Shown: piece by piece, positions 61,691 through 64,000 of the stretch
Position numbering within the stretch: the stretch's first letter is position 1
How the letters are laid out: each line of letters opens with the position of its first letter
Source of the DNA: Psammoneis japonica
Lineage: Eukaryota
Reading direction: 5' to 3'
Length of the DNA: 64,000 nt
Assembly (NCBI GenBank): GCA_008632985.1
Contig: QPGO01000044.1
Coordinates: 1 to 64,000 of the forward strand
Notes under the pieces: model-generated
Told to the model about the DNA's origin: nothing
Database searches by the model: none
What the model saw: the letters and a program-made list of their open reading frames with translations, nothing else
Position numbers and translations under genes: made by a program

Positions 61691-62534
61691 GCAACTGAGT
61701 GGGTGCCGGGACTGGAGTTGGAGAGCGAGCTTGAAACAACTTGAAACTTGACTTGAAACTTGGGACTTGAAGTCTTGAACCATCTTGCAAATCAGAAGCC
61801 ACCGGGCTGTGACATCCTGTTCACAGCCAGATGCTGAGCTTCCCATCCGGTCTGCAGAGTTGTGCCGGCATGCCCGAACCCGCAGCTGTTGATGCTTTGG
61901 GTTGCCTGAGAGCGGAGTGACGGGTTAAAAAGCCCTGCTGACAAGCCAACTGGAGGTGGACAAAACCTCTGAACCTTTGTTGTTTTGTGTCGGTTGGATG
62001 ACCCGATCAGGCCGGCCAAGCAAGGCGCTGTGGAGGAAGGAACAAACGCAGGAAAATCACCCTTGCCCCAACACAAGCTGCAGCCGCAGATGCTTTCTCT
62101 CACAGTTGTCCTTGTGGACCTTGTGGAACTGCAGAAGACCAGCAGTCCGGGGCAGATGCGGAGCAATGGACTTGGCGTGCGTGCAGCAGGTTGGTCTGTC
62201 TGTCAACCTGGGCAGGATCCGCTGAAGGGAATTTGGAACCCCAAGTGCCGGAGGATGTGGGAATTCCTGAGTGAACAAATGATGTCCATTGAGCTGACAC
62301 ATTCAGCAAGGTGGGCACATGCTCCCACCCCAACAATGTGCTTCGTGGAAAAATTTCTCGATGACGATGATGAGCACTCAATGGACGAAGATGAGCGAGA
62401 CTGTCAATCTGACAGAAATTGAAGACAACTGGGTGGAAGAAAACAGTGACTCCTTGCTGCTGTCCAAATGGCAGATGAGTCTCCGTGCAGAGACCGTTGC
62501 AGGAGCCGAAAGACTGGCATCGTGATGTCAGTGC

Positions 62535-62788
62535 TGCTGCTGTTGTTGTTCTTGTGAGCCAAGTGGCTCAAAAGCAAACCACATCGCGCATTGTGCGCGG
62601 AACCAAGAGCACACACAATTGTGTGTGATGAGCTGGAATCTTGTTCAAATCCTGTCAATGTTGGCACTGCTGTTGTTGTTTTTGTGAGCCAAGTGGCTTG
62701 AAAGCTGCATCGCATGTCACACACGGAACTGAGAGCGCACATGATTGTGCAGGACAAACTGAAACCTTGGTCAAATCCTGTCACTGCA
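62535..62788. repeat. Two diverged tandem units of about 130 bp in a decayed block
   Basis: Both units contain tgctgttgttgtt.ttgtgagccaagtggct ... ggaac..agagc.cac ... tcaaatcctgtca. Differences are mostly TG/CA/CG exchanges. Confidence 0.7.
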
Positions 62789-64000
62789 AGAACACTTTGT
62801 TTTTGTGATGCTTTTTGCAGCAAATTGGTGTGTCCATCTTGACATGAATGGCAGATCAACGGCAATCTTTCACACTGCAAAGTTGTTGCTCAGAGCCACT
62901 GTGCAGAAACTGTGCAAACCACCAAGAAAAGACAACAAATTGTCTGCCCATCTTCCACATTTGTCTGCACACATGTGCCTGATCAGTTGCCAGTTTTGCA
63001 CCAAAGTGTGAGGAGACAACAGCTTTGGTGCAAAAAGGTGCAGGTTCTGCAGACATCCCCAAGCAATTTGTTGACTGCACGACACACCCACTTTCTTGTT
63101 CGCTTCCTGTTGAGACCATGTTTGTCAACATTTGTGAGCTGCTGAGTGCCCTGGGGTTGGCAATTAGAAGCAACTGTGCCCATCCATTGACGGTCAAATG
63201 TGCTTTGTTGTTGTTGATGTGGCCGCCGATGAAAAAGGGGGCTGTCGTTGTTGTTGTTTGTTGACATTGCTGCCAAGAAAAGAAGGAAGCTGCGATGAAG
63301 AAAAAATGATGTCCAGCATTGAACTGTTCATCTCAGGCTCCTTTTGCCAAGATCTTAAACTGGCCCTCTCCCAAGTGGCAACAAATGGCAACATTTCGCA
63401 TCCAATTTCGAGCACTTGTCAATTCAAACCATGTTGGCATGATTCGTGCAAAACGACAGTGCTTTTTCATCAGATTTGCCATGCAGGGTCATGTTGTCAG
63501 TGCTGGGCAGTTGTGTTGGGGTCTGAAAAGCCATGGGAAACACCTGCTTTGGCAAAAGTTAAAAAGGGGCAACATCAACGAACTGGTCTTCTGCGCAGAG
63601 GTGATGAGCTGGCATGCTGTGACCACATCCCAACTGACAACATGATCAACTGACACCACTCGACAATGTCTGCTGGACATGCCAGCCACAGGAGACATCA
63701 ACAACAGCACATGACGGACTGGTTTGGCAGGAGACCCACACGCATTTTAAAAAAATCACAATTTTCTTGTGTGATTTCACATTTGAATCTTTGTCGAATG
63801 AGAAAAACACATTCGGGAGAAAACGGTTGAGACAACATCTTTTTACTTTTGTTGTTCAAAGCTGTGGGGTGGTCATTTGTTGCTTTTCTTGGCTCAAATT
63901 TGGCCGAAAAGCTCATGATTTGCACGAATTTTCCTGAATTTCACCGTGCTTCAATGTGGTAAAAACATCAAGCCATGTGTCTGTGACAGAGATGGCCCGT

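Noticed and set aside
61730..61780. Short ttgaaac repeats, and the 62.5-kb repeats, as a CRISPR-like array
   Set aside because: Eukaryotic context, no constant repeat-spacer period and no cas genes; these are ordinary retroelement leader or tandem repeats.
28661..64000. Hundreds of overlapping Cys/His/Gln/Trp-rich ORFs read as novel small proteins
   Set aside because: Artefact of TA loss, which removes TAA/TAG stops in all six frames, and of TG/CA saturation.
24826..64000. Fungal RIP or an alternative genetic code as the explanation for TE composition
   Set aside because: RIP raises TpA, whereas here it is lost. Host genes use Tyr and TAA/TAG normally, and Tyr goes to both His and Cys, so codon reassignment does not fit.

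Overview
Eukaryotic DNA, very likely a diatom (plastid bipartite-type leader, short GT-AG introns, stramenopile-type P2 C-terminus, diatom-type Copia elements). The window alternates between two sharply separated compartments. (1) Normal-composition gene islands (~3.75-5.8, 7.3-24.8 and 37.5-42.0 kb). These carry a sulfatase, an EamA transporter, G6PDH, NDUFV2, an SLC35A nucleotide-sugar transporter, two head-to-head GT61-like glycosyltransferases, a sulfotransferase, an FN2-like/mucin membrane protein, RPLP2, and a three-domain fusion of a TPT-family transporter, a polysaccharide pyruvyltransferase and an unknown GT-like domain (the last domain is also present as a stand-alone paralog). (2) Transposon blocks (Copia, a nested Copia with intact LTRs and TSD, a DIRS-like fragment, a complete PIF/Harbinger-like element, and unclassified decayed repeats). 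In these blocks TpA has been almost erased by TA->TG/CA transitions, in addition to CG->TG/CA decay. This repeat-restricted TpA hypermutation runs opposite to fungal RIP and is the strongest candidate for an undescribed genome-defence system. The transporter-pyruvyltransferase fusion in a glycan-modification neighbourhood is the second. Several conserved genes carry 1-bp frameshifts that look like assembly errors. All calls come from reading motifs by eye; no searches were run.
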